From a virus (Duplodnaviria > Caudoviricetes), in the IMG/VR virus record IMGVR_UViG_3300028591_000003, positions 112,444 through 176,443 of that record: 64,000 nt of DNA. One strand, written 5' to 3'. Below, piece after piece: positions 22,995 to 36,700 of this stretch; the first letter of the stretch is position 1; each line of letters begins with the position of its first letter. A program made the translations under genes and the position numbers. The notes below the pieces were generated by a model, which was given only the letters and a program-made list of their open reading frames with translations, had not been told where the DNA came from and made no database searches.

Positions 22995-24278
22995 ATGGCA
23001 CTAGATATAAAATTTGAAATACCAACAGCTGATCAATTACTCAAATAGACTAATATAGGAAATTTAGGACTTGACTTAAATAAAGTTTATCCTCCTCCTA
23101 AATTAAGCAAACCTAACAATCCATTAGCTCCAAGCGGTACTAAATTAAGAAAACAACAATTAAATAATCCATTAAGTACTGGAATTAATGCAGGAATTAG
23201 TTTTCTATCCGATAAAGTTTCTGATAAAATATTTGATGATTCTGAAATTGGTAGAGCTACTGGAACTTTATTTAGTTCTGGAGTAACAGCAGCAGGAAAT
23301 ACTATTGTTGATAATTTAATCAAGGGTAATATTTTTTCTGACGGACTTGCTTAGAATGTAGGAGCTTCTTTAGCTGGTGCTGGAGCTGGAATTGCTGCTA
23401 ATTATATGGGAAAAGGAATAACTTCTTTAATGGGAGATTCTAGATTAGGTAGAGCAGTTGGTTCTGGATTTGCTACTGCTGCTGGAACATTAGGTGGAAA
23501 TGCTGCTGCAAAAGCTTTAGGTACTACAGTTAGTGCTATTAATCCATATGCTTTAGGAGCACAAGTATTAGGTTCTGCTTTAGGAGCTGCTACTGGACCA
23601 TCAAATGAATATAATGGTGAATACGGTGGAATTACAAGAACTATGGATACAGCATATGATGTTGCAACTATAGGAGCAAATTTTATACCAGTTGGTGGTC
23701 AAATAATTTCTGGAGCGATGGCTCTTAATAAAGGACTATCTAATATATTTGGTTCAACTGATGGAATGACTGTTTAGGATGCTATTCTAGGCTCTGCTTT
23801 TATGCCCGCTCCTGTTAAATGGTTGAATATGGTAGGTTCTTCTAAAACCGGAGGATTCCAAAATTAGTCTTGGTAGAATTCCGAAAAAACAAATTCTTTT
23901 ATGCAGAATGCTTTCGGAGATTTAGGTGATAAATTTGATTAGGCTAGAAGAGAAGCAGGTAAAACTTATGGAACTTTTGCTCAAGGAGCTAAAAGAAGAG
24001 CACAAGATAATCTCAATTTTGCCAATTATGCTTGGAATAGGGTATTATCAATGGCTGATTAGAATGAACTCCAAAATATCAGAAGTTAGGCTATGTCATC
24101 TATTAATAATTAGAGATATGCTCAAATGATTCAAGGTGGCTATTCTCCTTTAGCGATAGGTAAACAAGGAATGAAGATATTTGATAATGCAACTAACCAT
24201 AATATAGGAATGAGACTATTATCGGCAGCTGCATTAATTGATAATAAACAAATGATATTATGTAGCGCAGTAGATTAA
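22995..24278 (+). CDS. Gly/Ala-rich putative cargo (ejection) protein with membrane-inserting helices (427 aa)
   Basis: Same frame as ORF 23406, long GA-rich hydrophobic stretches, located directly after the muzzle-type gene. Confidence 0.7.
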
Positions 24279-25426
24279 AAAATATAATTAATAAATCAAA
24301 AACTATTTCCAATAAACAAGAAGTTGGAAATCCTTTTGATTAGTTTAAAAAATCTCTTCCTATAGAGATTGATGATAATTATCGTCTAGAGGCTGCTTGG
24401 AAAGCTTATGGCAAACCTAAAGATTACAAAGAAGCTTTATGGTAGGGATTGATACAACCAATAGATGAAAATAATATTAAATTACCCTCGATTGGCTACA
24501 ATGAAGAAACAGATGAATACGAGTATCTTAATAAAGGTAAAGAAAATGAAACTGTGGCCAAAGATATTCGAGTATGGGATAATGATGTAATTCCATTAGT
24601 TAAAGAACTTAAACTTGGAGGATATATTAGAGTTTATAATGAAGAAAAAAATTGTTGGATATACAGTAAAAATAAACCACAAGAAACCTAGAATGAATAG
24701 AGGGAAGTAATTGATAGTTTTTAGAAAGGTGGAAAACCTAAACCTAAATTTGAAGATTGGTATAAAACTGTTCCGAAAGAAAAAAACGATACGACTAATT
24801 ATGATTTAGAAAAAGCATATAATGAATTGCCTTTTGAAGAATTAGAATAGTTTAGAACAATTCCAGAAAAACATCTTGATGGAAGATTTAAAAAACCTAA
24901 TCATATTACATATTCTGATGAGGGATATGGCTGGATAGGTTCTGATAAAATAGGGTGGACATTTTATCCAAGTCCCAGACAACAGCAATTATATCCTTAT
25001 GAGAAATATGTGGAATATTGGAATCAAAATGAACCTAATTCTATATTAAATTATAATGGAAAAATATATAAAGTATCTCCACAAGCTTTTAAACAAGGTG
25101 GACAAATGAATGTTATCCCAGAAGGTGCTCTTCATGCTAGAAAAAATAACATGGAAGGTGCTGGAGAAGATTTCACTGCTAAAGGTATTCCTGTAATTGA
25201 TAATAAAGGAGAACAAGTTGCTGAGATTGAACGCGAAGAAATTATTTTCTGTAAAAGAGTAACAGATAAAATAGAAGAAGCTTATACGAAGTTTAATTCT
25301 GAAGATATTTCTAATTCTGAAAAAGACGAATTAGCAATTAAGATAGGAAAATTCTTAACAAAAGAAATACTTGAAAATACTGAAGATAATACTAATTTAA
25401 TATAGGAGGTGGAATAGAAAATGTAA
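24260..25426 (+). CDS. Putative cargo protein (388 aa, TAG=Gln)
   Basis: ORFs 24449 and 25010 join in one frame. FKQGGQMNVIPEGALHARK...GIPV...AEIEREE segment. Confidence 0.75.
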
Positions 25427-25427
25427 T

Positions 25428-26039
25428 ATGATAGAAGCAAAAAAAACTAAAAACATAGGTAGTATAAAACTTGGTGGACAAGAATACGATATATTTATTG
25501 CTAAATCTGAAGAATAGAAAAAACAAGGATTACAAAATTTTGAATCGCTTCCATCTGATGAAGGAATGTTATTTGTAATAAATGAAACTAATCCAGTTGA
25601 AACATTTTTTCATATGCATAATGTACCATTTCCTTTGGATTTAGTATTTATGGATGATGAATTTAAAGTATTAGACGTTAAAAGAGGTAATCCAGAAGAT
25701 GATAAAATTGAAGGAATAGCTTCATATGTACTTGAAGTAAACGCTAATTCTGGAATAAAAAAAGGCGACGAAGCAGATTTAGATGATGACGATTCTACAA
25801 AATATGTAATGAAAGTATTAGGTCCAACAGGAGAAGTTCAAATGCATTTAGAATCAGGAGAAAGAATAGTTAGTAGAAAAGAAACTAAAATTCTTATTAA
25901 AAAAGCTTTAAAGGCTAATTATTCAAAAGAAGATAAAGACTATAAAGCACTTGGAAAATATATATTTAAAGTATTAAAAGGATAGAATGAACGTCCTGCT
26001 GAATATGTTGAAAGTCCAAAAGGAAAGGATGGTGAATAA
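25428..26039 (+). CDS. DUF192-family protein with C-terminal extension (203 aa)
   Basis: AKSEE(Q)KKQGL...LPSDEGMLFV...FHMHNVPFPLDLVF...YVLEVNA matches the DUF192 pattern. Confidence 0.8.
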
Positions 26040-26728
26040 TGGCCGATTTATAGTATAACTTTTTAGATAATAATTTTACTACATATGAAAATGTAGAAAC
26101 TCCGAAAGTGGAATTATTACAACCTTTATCTGATGATCCTATTGATATTTCTGATTGGGCTGTAGGAGTAACAAAATCCGGAACTCCAATAGTTAAAAAT
26201 AATATTAGTAGCGAAATAAAAATTAACAATAATCCAGAAATATCATCTACTAAAACAAATAATACAGCACCTTCTCCTGAATAGAAATCAGAAGAACCTA
26301 AAATAACAATTGATAAATCAGATAAAAAACAATATGCTAAATAGTTCTTTATAAATAAAGGACTTTCCGAACATACAGCAGCTGGAATTGTAGGAAATCT
26401 TTTATAGGAAAGTAATTTAAATACTAAAGCTAAGGGAGATAGTGGAAAAGCGTTTGGTATAGCATAGTGGCATCCAGATAGACAAAGAGGATTAAAAGCT
26501 TTAGCTGATTCGAGAGGAACTGATATAACAGATTTTGATACACAGCTAGAATATGTATGGTAGGAATTGAATACTACAGAAAGATCTGCATTAGAACATT
26601 TATTAAGAACAAATACTATTGAAGAAGCTACAATATCTTTTATGGATAGATTCGAAAGACCTAACAAAGATCCAAGAATAAATAAAATAAAGAAAAGAAT
26701 TGAATACGCAAGATCATTATATGGATAA
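26039..26728 (+). CDS. Phage tail-type lysozyme (Phage_lysozyme2-like, 229 aa, TAG=Gln)
   Basis: AAGIVGNLL(Q)ES, FGIA(Q)W, QLEYVW(Q)EL and FERP motifs. Confidence 0.88.
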
Positions 26729-26951
26729 AATTAAATTAATAACTGTTTTTCTTAAAAATAGTGGAGGAATTAGTTCAAAAAGAGTAATTGCTTTGACAGG
26801 ATGTTATATTTGTTTTGGATTATTAATTTTTGCATTTATTTTTAATAAAGATGTTCCCGAATTTGGAGAAGTTGTTTTCATAGGATGTTTATCCTTATAT
26901 GGAATAGAAGTAGTTCCGAATTTTGGAACTAAATCTATTAATAAATCTTAA
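26721..26951 (+). CDS. Small two-TM membrane protein, holin-like
   Basis: ISSKR followed by two hydrophobic helices, overlapping the end of the lysozyme gene. Confidence 0.6.
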   Translation: MDKIKLITVFLKNSGGISSKRVIALTGCYICFGLLIFAFIFNKDVPEFGEVVFIGCLSLYGIEVVPNFGTKSINKS

Positions 26952-27044
26952 AATTTTGATTACTATTAAAAAATAGATATTTTTATTGAAATGATATTAA
27001 AAAATTAATATATCATTTAAAATTTATTTAAATATTTAAATATT

Positions 27045-27350
27045 ATGAAATTTAAAGTAAACAATCAAGAATTTATTAAATTCATGCAAGAAGGTGGTGT
27101 AGCTCCGGAAGCAGCAGCACCAGAAGAAGCTCCAGCAGCTCCAGAATAGGCTGGTGGAAGTCCAGAAGAATAGATTATTCAGGCTGCAATGCAAGCTGTT
27201 CAAACACAAGATGGTCAATTAGCATTATAGGTATGTCAAGCACTTGTTGAAATGGCTGGTGGTGGTGCTCCAGCAGAACAAGCTGCACCAGAAGGTTAGG
27301 CACCTATTTATAAAAAAGGTGGAAAACTTAGTAGATGGATTTAGAAATGA
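27045..27350 (+). CDS. Small Ala/Pro/Glu/Gln-rich putative virion protein (101 aa)
   Basis: MKFKVNNQEFIKFMQEGG...YKKGGKLSRWI(Q)K-TGA, translated by hand. Confidence 0.8.
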
Positions 27351-27356
27351 TTAACT

Positions 27357-27396
27357 AAGGCAAATACGACACGTTAAAAGTCGTGTTTGCCTTTTA
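27357..27396 (+). terminator. Rho-independent terminator
   Basis: AAGGCAAATACGAC / GTCGTGTTTGCCTT arms followed by T-rich sequence. Confidence 0.8.
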
Positions 27397-27416
27397 TTAT
27401 TTAAAATATATATAAT

Positions 27417-30200
27417 ATGGCTGATATACAATATTTAAATTATGGTGATTAGCAAATAGAATAGTAGGCATTATTAAATAATTTAGCGAATGATGTACAA
27501 AATTATGTATAGAATTAGCCCTGGAGTAGAAAACGTAAAGAAAAATTTATGTCAGCTTATTCAGATTTAATGAATAGAGGTATTATAGGTGCTTCAAACA
27601 ATTCAGGACAATGGATGTTAGATGTAAATGGACCTGATATCCAATTTGATACTATGGATAAAAAAGACAAAGAAATGTATCAAGAAGCTGCCTATTATAT
27701 TAGACAACAAATGTCCAAACTCCCTACTAGAACTAGTCAAGAACAACAATAGCAAAAAGAACTTCCGACATTTGAATTTAATAATAGTTTTAAGGCTCAT
27801 GTAAATAAAACCTTTAATGGTGGACAACCTTTACAAATTGGAGGAAGTTCAGATTAGTGGAATTATTTAGATGAAAGAGACCCTAATACTGGAATTAGAG
27901 GAAGAAAAAACAGAGCCGATAAATTAGCAGGACTATTAAAAAGTTATAGAAAAGAACTAGGAGATGGTTCTAAATATAATTTTGAAGGTAGTCCTTATAA
28001 AGATATTACCGATTTTGATAGTAGATTAAACAAAGCTATAACTGCTTTAGAAACTTATGATAATCCTAATGATGATAGAGAAGCATTATAGGCAATAGGT
28101 TTAAATTCTGCTGATTGGCTCAACGATGGATCTGGTGATACTACTACATATAATGGACAACAAGTAACTTACGGTTAGTTAAATTAGTTGAAATAGGCTG
28201 AAGAAAAAGCAAAAAAAGAAGAATTAGAAAAAAATAGATTGCATTTATCCATATCTCCAATTGCAATGAACGGATAGGATTTAATAGCATTAGGTAAAAA
28301 ATATAACGGAAATACTAATGCTTTACTTTCTAAAATGAATGAATATTCTTAGAGAGGATTAGAAAATCTTTCAGGAGAAGAACTATCTGAATTAGTAGGA
28401 ACATTTAAATATGGTCATAGAACATCTATTGACGAAGACTTATTTAATAGAATTAAATCTTCTTCTCAAATGTTTAAAAATTCTAAAATATAGGATTTTT
28501 AGAAAGTTAATGGAATCGAAGGTGCTGTTTGGCATGTTCCTACAGGAAGATTAATAGGATATTAGACTGCTGAACAACAATAGATGGCCGCTAACTAGTT
28601 TAACGATTTTTTAAAAGGATATTCTGCTGAAGAATAGGACTTGTTAAGAAGAGCAAATGCTGGAAAAAGACAAATGTTTACTCCGACATTTAATGAAGAT
28701 GGCTCTATAGATTGGATAAATACAGCAAAAAATGGTGGAATTGATGGTGCTAGATTAAGTGCCTTAGTGGAAGACATAGGTGCTGGAGTAGCTGCATTTA
28801 TACCAATGTATGGTACTGCTATTTCAGCAGGACTTTCACTAGATGCTCTTAAACAAGAACTTTTAGCAGATGTTGCTGACCCAAGTGTATCATGGGGAGA
28901 AGTCGGAACAAATGTCATCTTGAATGCAGCATTTACTGCTTTAGGATTATTTCCTGGAGGTAAATTATTTAGAGCAGGAAAATGGGGTAGAACATTAGCA
29001 AGAATGGCTCCATCACTTATTGGAATAGGTATATCTTCTGGAGCATTTGCTTCGTTAATGGAAGATGAATCATTTAGATAGTCTTGGGGTAAAATAGCTG
29101 ATGGAAAAGTAACTGATTTAACTGTCGAAGACGGTAAAAATATAATTAAAGGAGTTAGTTCAGTAGTCGGAATATTACAAGGAGGAGTAGGTACTTATAA
29201 TGCATATAAATATAGAAATGCAGGAAAACAAGCTGCAACTAAAGTAAAAACTCAAACTGTAAAAACTAATAAAGGTGAAATTCCTGTTAATGATGAACAA
29301 GTAAAAGGTCTTAACGAAGCAGTTCAAAAAGGAGGTAAAGATGAAGCAAATAAATACTTAAATAAAGAAGTCAAAAACGATGAAAATGCAGGACTTGTAT
29401 TAGAACAAGAATTACCTTCAGCAACTTCTGCGAAAATAAGAAGTCATGCATTTAATCCTTTACGTGGAATTACTAAACCTACTGTAAAGGTTTAGAGAAC
29501 TTATGAAACTCCTTCTCTTAGTACTTCAGTACAATAGAATTTAGCAAGGCTATAGCAATAGAATTTAGATGCGAAAGCAGGAAAAGGAACGTATAGATAT
29601 ATTCCAAAATGGGTTAGAGAAAATGTTCCAACTGATTATGATTTATTGACTAAAAAATTAGGTACTTCTAGAACAGATTCTTCAACAGAACCTAATTCTT
29701 CTTTCTTTCCGAATAAAAATATAGGTAAAAATGAAATTACTCCTTTAAAACCATATAATCCTATTGATATAAGAAAACCTGTTTATGAAAATAAAAATTT
29801 AGATCCTTTCTCAGCAGAAGCTAAAGCATATAGAGATATACTAAAAGGACATTTTTCAAAAAATCCTTTGTAGGATAATAAATCTATTACAATAGGAGAT
29901 TATATTTTTCAAGTTACAAAATAGAAAGATGGAACTTGGTCAATATAGGCAACCAATAAAAGTATGACTGATAATCATGTGTAGCATAATTTAAAATCTC
30001 AAAAAGAGATTCAAGAATATATGTCTAAAGTTGTTCAACAAATTCGAAAGAATAATTCAAGTTCCAAATCTGGTAATAGAATGTCTATGGAAAATGTAGG
30101 AAAACTTCTAAAGGAATTTAAAGCTAAAGGATGGCTCAAACAAGGTGGACGAATAGATAAACAAAGAATACAACGATATAAAAATTTTATAAATAAATGA
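27417..30200 (+). CDS. Putative cargo protein with central hydrophobic helices (927 aa, TAG=Gln)
   Basis: ORFs 27549, 28641 and 29646 share the frame. GVAAFIPMYGTAISAG and ALGLFPGG segments, C-terminal LKQGG. Confidence 0.75.
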
Positions 30201-33200
30201 AAATAAGACCTAAAATACCTATGCTTTAGGGAGGTAATAATATTTTGTACAATGGAATTAGATATCCCCATGCTTATGATACTTCTAGATTAGTCAATCC
30301 GTTAAATTTTGGAGAAGCTTGGGCATCTAGAACTAATGGCTATGGTAGAGGTCGTTATGTTCCAAATCCAAGTTTTTCTAGAGATTATGTTAGAAATATA
30401 GAGTTAAATAATACTTATTATAAAAGATTTACTGATGCATTGTTTAATACAGACGGAACTCTATCTAATGTAGGTAAGGCATATGCAAGATTATCTGACG
30501 ATCTTCTTCCAAAAAATTCTTTAGCAAGAGTTTATGATGGAAATTAGATGAGATCTAATTGGACTACTACAAACAATGATACTTATGGAAGGCCTGGAAA
30601 AAGTTTTAATAATGTAAAAGATTATTTGTACTATGAACGTAATGATAATTTACCTGGAGGAAGACATAATGTTTTCTTAGATAAAGGTAAACGTTATTTT
30701 TATGTAGATAACGAAGGAAAGTATCATTGGGTAAGTCCAGAAGATGCTGGTAAATATTAGGTTTCTAAAGAACCTGTAGAATATGGTTGGGGAGATGATG
30801 GAGTTTATTGGGAAGACTACGAGATTACTCCGTTAAAGATTACTCCAGTAATTAAAGAAGAAAAATTAGGAGCACCAAAACCATTAGAGATTGATGATAA
30901 AATACAAAAAGTAATAGAAGAAAGAAAAAAGACACAAGTACCAGCCGGTGAAGGTGGAAAAAAATACGGTTTTGATTGGAATAAAATAAAAGAAGGTCTT
31001 TAGGGAATATTAACTAATCCTAATTTGTATGCTATGGGTAGATTAGCTGGAAATTTAGCTAATAACGAAAGAGTATATGATGAACAAATTCAAGGAATAA
31101 GACCTACATTAAAACAAACTTACAATACATACAGACAAGTTGTAGGTGATGAAGCTACTAAGCAAGCATATTACAGGAGAGCGACACAAGGATAGACTAA
31201 AGCTTCTAGACCATTTACTTCAGATGCTGATAGACAAATGGCTTATTAGCAAGAGGCTAAAAGAACAGGAGATGAACTAAAAGCACAAGGAGACTTAGCT
31301 GATAATCAAAGGATTAGAGAAACTTCTGAATAGTCTTCTCAACATTCAGATGCTAATAGACAACGTGCTACTGAAGTAGCAAACTATAATATAGCTTCTA
31401 TAAATCAAGCAAATGCTTTAAAACATAATCTTCTTTCTGAGAAACATTCTGCATAGTGGTCTTCTATTGATAACTTTTTATAGGGAATTGAATATAGAAA
31501 AAGATAGCAATTAGCTGAACAATAGTCTTTAGAAGATTAGATATACTTATTAGGTCAAGAAGGTTTTCAATATACTCCTGAATATAGAGATGCTTATAAA
31601 GCTTATAATGATGTATTAGAGAAACATAAAAAATCGGATGAAAGTTATGATTATGATGATCCAGATGTAATTTAGGCTAGAGGAATATTTTAGAATTTTA
31701 TAAATAAACATAAAATAGAATAGCTTAAAAATTTACGAAATTATAGAAGAAACAGAAATTCATTTATAGATATTGCAAAATCTGGAACTAAAATAACACA
31801 TAAAAAGAAAGACGATTTGTTATATAAATCAACTAAAGATGTTGTAGAACACTTTAGAAAAATGTCTAAATTATCTTCAGATGCTTTAAATAGAAAACAA
31901 CCTAAAATAGAAAAGCTCGCACCACACCCCAAAGGAAAGACTAGACGATATTAGTAGGGTGGAGTGGCCCCTTTTACAATTTACAAACCAGTAACTCTTG
32001 GTGGAGAAACCACAACAACTTCACAAAAAAGTACTTCAAGTACTACTAAATCTTCTTCGGGAGTTTTAGATTTGATGAAGGATTTATTTAAAAGTTTATC
32101 TAGTGAAGGAATTCCTTCTGATGTAAATAGTCTATATATAGCAATGAGTAATTTAATGTAGAAACAAAATTTATTTGGAAATGAAATTAGTTCCGATGAT
32201 CTTGCTAGTATGTATTTACAACAAATGTAGAAAATAAACAATATTAAATTCTTTAAAAAATAGTATGATGATGTTTCTAAAATTGTAAATGAAAAAGGAG
32301 CTATATCTGAATTTGCTATTGATTAGTATGGAAGAGTTGCTACTTAGAACGTAGAGAATGGAAAAATTGAATATAAAAAATTAGATGATATTGATCCAAA
32401 AAAGAATAATCCTCTTACTAACGGAGATTTATTAAATCTAAGAGCAGTTGATCCTAACTTAGCATTTAATTCTAATGTATTACAAGTTGTTGGAAATGCA
32501 ACTAGTATGGAAGAAATAGCAAAATTCTTAAAAGCACAACTTCCTAAAATAGGTTCTTCTGAAATAGAAGGATATACTAAACAAGATGCTAATTTTATTA
32601 GACAAGGTATTCAAGTATTAAAAGACGCTCCTAATGGAGATTATAAATATAATGATAAGAATTCTGTTTAGTAGGCTAAAATGGCAATAAATTATTTAAC
32701 TTCTATTTTACCTAGTAATATGAAGAATTTATTAAGAGTAAATTCAGCTATGACTGGAACATCTCCTGATGCAATTATTGCTTCAATGGTCGGAGCAGAA
32801 CTTGATGAAAGCAATACTTTAGATGCTGTTAGCGGAAAAGCTGCTAGTAAAGATGGAAGTTCTAAAGATGGTTCAGATGGATTAAAATTAAATGCTGCTA
32901 CTGCATTAATTACAGGAAAAGGATATAAATCTGAAATAGAATTAAATCCTGGAAGTAGTTATGCTGTAAAAGTGTTAGGAAGGTATTCTGAATTTTAGAA
33001 AAATAGTGGAGAAAATATGGGGGCTGGAACTTCTATGCAAGAAGCAACTGAATCTACAGTAAAAGGAAATTTAGATTGGAATAAAGCTACAATAGGAGGT
33101 TCTAGAATAATTCCTACTGCTTATAATCAAGTAATATTAAATAACGGTGAAGTTGTAGGAATGGATTTACCTGTTGATCCAAGTAATCCAGATATTCCAG

Positions 33201-33721
33201 ATTTTGAAATATTAAAACAATTAGAAAATCTTGATAAATAGTTAAGATTAAATAATATTGAAGACAATGGAGAAAACTGGCAATAGATAAATGAAATATG
33301 TGATAAATTAGGAATTCCTCATAAATATAATTCTTCTGGAAATCTTAATCAATAGAATTGGAAAAGATTTGCAGCATTTCAAGTAACTACTCCAGATACC
33401 GCATTAGTTGATAAAAATGTAATTTTAGATATGGTAGGAGTAGCTAATGATTAGGAAAGAGAATTATATAATAATTTTATACAACAAAAAAATAACGATA
33501 AAAATTTTGAATTATCAGATAGCTTCTTAGGATTTATAGGACATAGAGATGAACTATATAAAGGAACTGTGTTTGTCCCAATAAAAGAAAGTATAGTTGC
33601 TTCTGCTATTAGTAGTGGACAAGATATATATATGACTCAAGCTACAAATTTAGAACTTCGAGAATAGAGATATGATTAGTCTAAGATAAATTCATATAAA
33701 AAACCAGAACATAAATTATGA
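30197..33721 (+). CDS. Putative cargo protein (1174 aa, TAG=Gln)
   Basis: ORFs 30245, 30548, 31964, 32681 and 33017 share one frame. 30760-31964 translated by hand without TAA/TGA. ATGA overlaps at both ends. Confidence 0.75.
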
Positions 33722-36700
33722 AAGAACATGATTATTTTTTAGAATTAATGTCCAATCCAACTTTTAGTCCAAAAGATTTTTAGTTGGTTGGACTAGATTC
33801 TTCAAATACTGAATTATTAAACAAAGATAAATATAAAAATTCTCAAACTGTTCAAAATTTCGATTTGTTTTAGACAAATGGAGAATTTGATGAAAAAAAA
33901 TTCGACTTAGCCTATGAATAGGCATTATAGCAATATAATGAATTATCAAACTTGACTGAATCTTATAAACCGTTTTATAGAAATGATATATTTGCTCCTG
34001 AAAATTTAAAAAATAAAAATTAGGAATTTAAAATAACTAAAATTGCAAATCCACTTCGTTAGTAGAGAGGTTTTGTAGATTTTGGAATATAGGAAAATCC
34101 AACAAAATCAGTTAGAGAATTAGCAGAAGCTAATGTACAATATGATTATAAAACTGGACAATGGCTAGAAAGTCCTAATGAAAGATGGTGGGATAATTTT
34201 TTTAATCCTAAAGTATTGGCTTAGTGGGATTTTGATGCAGATGAAAATGGTAATCCAACAACCGATAAAGATAAAATAGTATATCATAAAGGAGAAAAGA
34301 AAATAGATCCTATAACTGGAACATATTATTATGAGTCTTTAGGTGATAGAAATATATATGGAAGAGATGTTCTTTCAGGATTTGATACTTTGACTACTGA
34401 TGGTTCTGCTTGGAATGAATATGATTTTTTTGATTCTGATGATATTGAAAAATCTACTTTTGGAAGTTTAAGTAGAACTGTAGCTCAAATAGTTCCAGTA
34501 TTCATACCATATGTCAATACTGCATATATGATAGCTAGAGTAGGACTTGGACTTTCAGAAATACTTCCTACAATAGGAAAAATTTTCTTAGGAAGTGATA
34601 ATGAATTAATGTCTCAAATAGAAGGATGGAATAAAGCTTTTAGTTTCTCCACTTCTGATTCTACACAAGGTTCTGAAGAATTAGGAATAGAGGCTGATCC
34701 GTGGACAATGGAAACAGGATTAAAACTTATTTCTGATGTATTCACTCAATTAGCAGAACAAAGATTTTTATTTAAATATGGAAACGCAATTGCTTCTAGA
34801 ATAAATCCTAAATTATTAGGAGAAGGAAAAGAAGCAGAAAAAGCTAGACGAGCTTATTTAGAATCTCAAGCAGCTTTAGAAGGATTTAATTTAAATGTAC
34901 TTAAAAGAGCTAAATCTAAAGAAGAATTAGATTTAATATTAAAATCAGAATAGGGAATTAAATGGGCAAGAGCCAAAGCAGCTTTAAACGAACGTTTAAA
35001 AGTTGGATAGAATATTGCTAAAAATGCTTCAATGGCGTACATGACAGGAATAACTACTGCAAGTTCTTATGGTGAAGCAAAGTAGCAAGGTGCTACAGAT
35101 TTTGAAGCAGCTGCTTTTGCTATAGGCTATTCTTTAGGCGAATGGCAAATATTAAGAAGTGATATAGGTAAATGGATTCTTCCAGAATTAAAACTAGAAA
35201 AATTTGAAAATTAGAGTATTGCTAAAGCATTAGAATCTGTTACCGACAAAGAGGCAAAAAGTTTAATTAATCAAAAAACTACTAAAGAAAAAAAGAAAAA
35301 TCTTTTTAGAAAAATTGTTGATTTAGGAAAACAAGCTGCTACAGGACATTATGCAGATAGTACTATCACTAATACAGCTAAAATAACTACAGCTGCAGCT
35401 CTTTCTGAAGGAGTAGAAGAAACCTCAGAAGAATTATTACTTGACTTTTCTAAAACTGTATTTAATATTGCTACTGAATTAGGAAGCGGTGCTAAATTTG
35501 ATGATAATTGGAAAGATATGGCTACTCGTTACGGAATGAGTTTTATAGGAGGTGCTATTGGTGGTGGAATAGCTACTGGACTTCCTGGATATAGAGCTGC
35601 CAGACAAAGACAAAAAGACATAATTGAAAGTATAAATAATCCAGACGCAAATACACAAGCATATAGAAAACTTGTAAATAAAGCATTGAATGGACAATTA
35701 GATGAATATAGAGATACTGTTAGAAAAATGAATTTTGCAAAAGAGTCATTATCTGATAGAGAAATAATAAATTCTGATGGGACTATATCTTATGAACCAG
35801 CTAATTCTTACGAAGATAGTTAGGATTATAAAGTTAAACAAATACTTATTAAACAAGCTGATATTATTGAAGATATTTTAAATTCTCATGGAGCAGAATT
35901 TAAATTATCTGACAATCAATTACTCGATGAACTTACTAGAAAACAATTAAGATTTTATAGTTTATTAGGTAGTAATGTTTTAGGAGTATATACTAATGAA
36001 TATTAGAATTATATTACTAAATTAGTTGATGTTGCTGCTAAAGTTGATTAGTTAGAAAAAAGAAAAAACGGAGTTCCTAAAGGAGAATCGGATTCTGCTG
36101 AAAGAGAAGCTAAAAAAGAAAAAGAATAGTGGACAGCAACTGATGAAGCAGAATTAAAGAAACGTAAAGATGAATTAAAGGAAATCCAAGATAGACTTAA
36201 GATGTATCGTGATGGTACAATGGCAAATGAGTTTATTGCTGAAGCATTATTTGAAATGACTGTTCCTATTTCTTCTGTTTATGGACCTACAGGATTAGTC
36301 CAATGGATAGAAGATGTTGAAGGTAAAAAATATGAAGAACTCAATTCTACGGAAGAAGGAAAAGCTAGAATAAAAGAATTAACAAAATAGTGGACAGATG
36401 GAAGTATTGCTAGAAGAGAAATAGTTCATAGAAATTATTAGGTTTTTAAACATAATCAACAAGCATTTAACAATCTTCTTAAAAAATACGAGTAGAATTA
36501 TTTTACTGATAATGAAGAAAATGTAATAAGAAATCTTGAAGAAATATTTTTAGGTGATAGAGGACGAGAAAAATCTTTAACATAGTCTAGAGATATTATA
36601 GGAACTACTGAACTTTATGCATTAGATGGTTTAAGAATAGCTGGAGTAGCTAATTTTGGACTTACTGAAGATATTCTTAATACTTTATTATAGGGAATAA

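Noticed and set aside
9633-24129. Alternative-frame + strand ORFs 9633-9815, 12424-12651 and 23926-24129
   Set aside because: Nested out of frame within better-supported genes, with no motifs.
25966-26667. 233-aa minus-strand ORF
   Set aside because: Antisense shadow of the + strand lysozyme gene, with no recognisable motifs.
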